From: Chiloscyllium plagiosum
Lineage: Eukaryota
Direction of reading: 5' to 3'
Length of the DNA stretch: 22,944 bases
Assembly (NCBI RefSeq): GCF_004010195.1
Contig: NC_057752.1
Span: 5,696,971-5,719,914, forward strand
Positions 21,311 to 22,944 of this stretch are shown in pieces. The notes under the pieces are model-generated. The model was not told the DNA's origin. It saw only the letters and a list, made by a program, of their open reading frames with translations, and did no database searches. Within the stretch, counting starts at the first letter, position 1. Each line of letters starts with the position of its first letter. The position numbers and the translations under genes are program-made.

Positions 21311-22261
21311 TTCCCCCCACCCCCATTCTGCTCTGTCGACATCTAATTTTAATCGGTGTAGCTCGATCAAAAGCTTGCGGAATTTTGATAGCAACTTGCA
21401 TTCAGCGAACGTTCCTGTGCTTTTGCGCCAATGTAAAAATCATTGCGTTAGAAGCTAGCCACAGCTCCGAAACTGGCCATAGTCCCATGCTGAATGAATC
21501 AGCGCTGCGAGTTTCTGCTAATTGTGGTCATTTGCAGGCCATCGTGAAGATTCTAAACTTACTTTGGTTCCTTTAGCCTCAAGCACACAAGTAAGCACAT
21601 CTCAAAAGCTTTCAGTTATAACTTTTGTTTCAATTTCCTCAAACTGACTATTGCACCCAAGATGTCGAGCAAATGGTTTATTTATTTTGAAAAGTAATTT
21701 TCCAGTCATTCAAAATCGGACTGTTCAGAGGCGGTGGGTTGACACTGCGATTAACTTGCTGTCTTTTTTGCCATAAATTCATTTTCAGTTGCATTAATTA
21801 AAATGCACTCCTCTTAAATAGTTCAAGGTTAAATTGAAACAGCAGATTTTTGTTTAAAATGATGTGTTAAAACGTTGGCTAATTGCGCTGGTTCGTGGCA
21901 GATTTTTACATTGGTCTGCGAATTAGTTTGAGCAGTAACTCAGGAAAAGGAGCACTTTGCAAACGGACGTAGTGTTAGGCGCAATTTGTGCGTGGTTTAC
22001 TGATTTGTGCTCAAAGCAGAAACTCGACCCCCTATCAACCTTGAAATTCAAAACCAGGTAAGGTTTGCGACAGAAGTGGGGAGGGGGGTTAAACTGGGAC
22101 TTCAGTTTTGATGTCTGTGGCAAAGTATGAAAACGGATTTCAGAAATTGTGGGGTGCATAAGTAAGTAGAACACTTTTTAAAAAAAAGACTTTTGGTGTC
22201 TTTTGTTTTGGAATTATCTTTGCAGTCCAGTCAATAGTATTGAGACTTCCCCTTTTTTTGC

Positions 22262-22390
22262 AATAATATGAAAGCAGGAGCAAGAGGAGACCAGTCAGGC
22301 CCCTTAAATAAGCTCCGCCATTCAATTGTGACTCGTGTCCTAATTATTTTATCGAGATTGCTTTCACTCATTTACCTAAATTCCCCATGC
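22262..22390 (-). mobile_element. Old CR1 3' tail remnant
   Basis: The minus strand GAATGGCGGAGC...AAGGGGCCTGACTGGTCTCCTCTTGCTCCTGCTTTCATAT matches the recalled shark CR1 terminal stem-loop. Confidence 0.55.
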
Positions 22391-22888
22391 TGCTATCTGC
22401 GCCCCTGCCTTCGACTGAAACCAGCAGGGGTATTCACCCAGACACCACAGCACCTTCGATGGTGTGCGCGCTTGTTTCTTTGCGACCAAAAGAGGTTCCT
22501 CACTCTTTAGAACATGTGGGGCACATTTCCAAATAAATTATACGTTTAACATAGATAGCTTTGCACAACGCTTTCCTTTTCAGGAAAGATCCGGGTGTTT
22601 ATGGCACCCTCCGGTCCCTGAGTAGTTTTCTTTTGTCCTTTACAGAGCTTATCGAAAACAAACCCTTTTGTCCCACACATTCTGTAAAGAGCGTCAATGC
22701 GTTTGGCATGGCCGAGTGCAAAGTTCTTGTTCAACTCGCACACTCGATTGTTATTAGAAAATCCTTCGCACACATAGGAACCCCGTCTGGGGTTTCTCTG
22801 CCCCACGGGCAACTTAGTTACACTTCTTTGCCAATCAGCTCTTCCACGCTCAAACGTTGTCCCATTATGGGATGTTTCTACAAAGCGT

Positions 22889-22944
22889 CCCTCTGACAGT
22901 TCTCCCCCCCCCCCCCCCCCCCGCAATACCCCTCTGACAGTTCT
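22889..22944 (+). repeat. Poly-C tract between two copies of CCCTCTGACAGTTCT
   Basis: The 15-mer occurs at 22889-22903 and 22930-22944, separated by a C run and GCAATAC. The window ends inside the structure. Confidence 0.8.

Noticed and set aside
22300..22322. TATA-like TTAAATAA with a GC-box-like CTCCGCC
   Set aside because: It lies within a minus-strand CR1 tail remnant.
22546..22926. Overlapping 126-aa and 111-aa ORFs
   Set aside because: Non-ATG starts, the Gly run comes from the poly-C tract, and there is no recognisable homology.

Overview
Eukaryotic, repeat-dense non-coding DNA, almost certainly from a cartilaginous fish (shark). This is inferred from HE1-type V-SINEs, their CR1/HER1-like partner LINEs and a Deu-domain SINE. 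I see no intact host protein-coding gene; the recognisable ORFs are decayed retroelement fragments. Main contents: a probable solo LTR (~132-766); a near full-length minus-strand CR1-group LINE with a tRNA-like 5' head and no ORF1 (~2098-5468), interrupted by an HE1 SINE; a Tigger-like MITE; an L1 3' fragment with a 438-bp tandem duplication; a unit-length Neptune-type Penelope-like element (8225-12246) with terminal direct repeats, a target-site duplication, a hammerhead-ribozyme-like motif and a nested CR1; a CR1 carrying a young HE1 SINE; a cluster of Tx1-like 3' ends, one holding a 41-bp inverted copy of sequence 4 kb away; and a DeuSINE split by a LINE. The last ~4 kb is mostly unique: 3'UTR-like, then CpG-richer. 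Family names come from recalled motifs, not database searches, and the boundaries of old elements are approximate.
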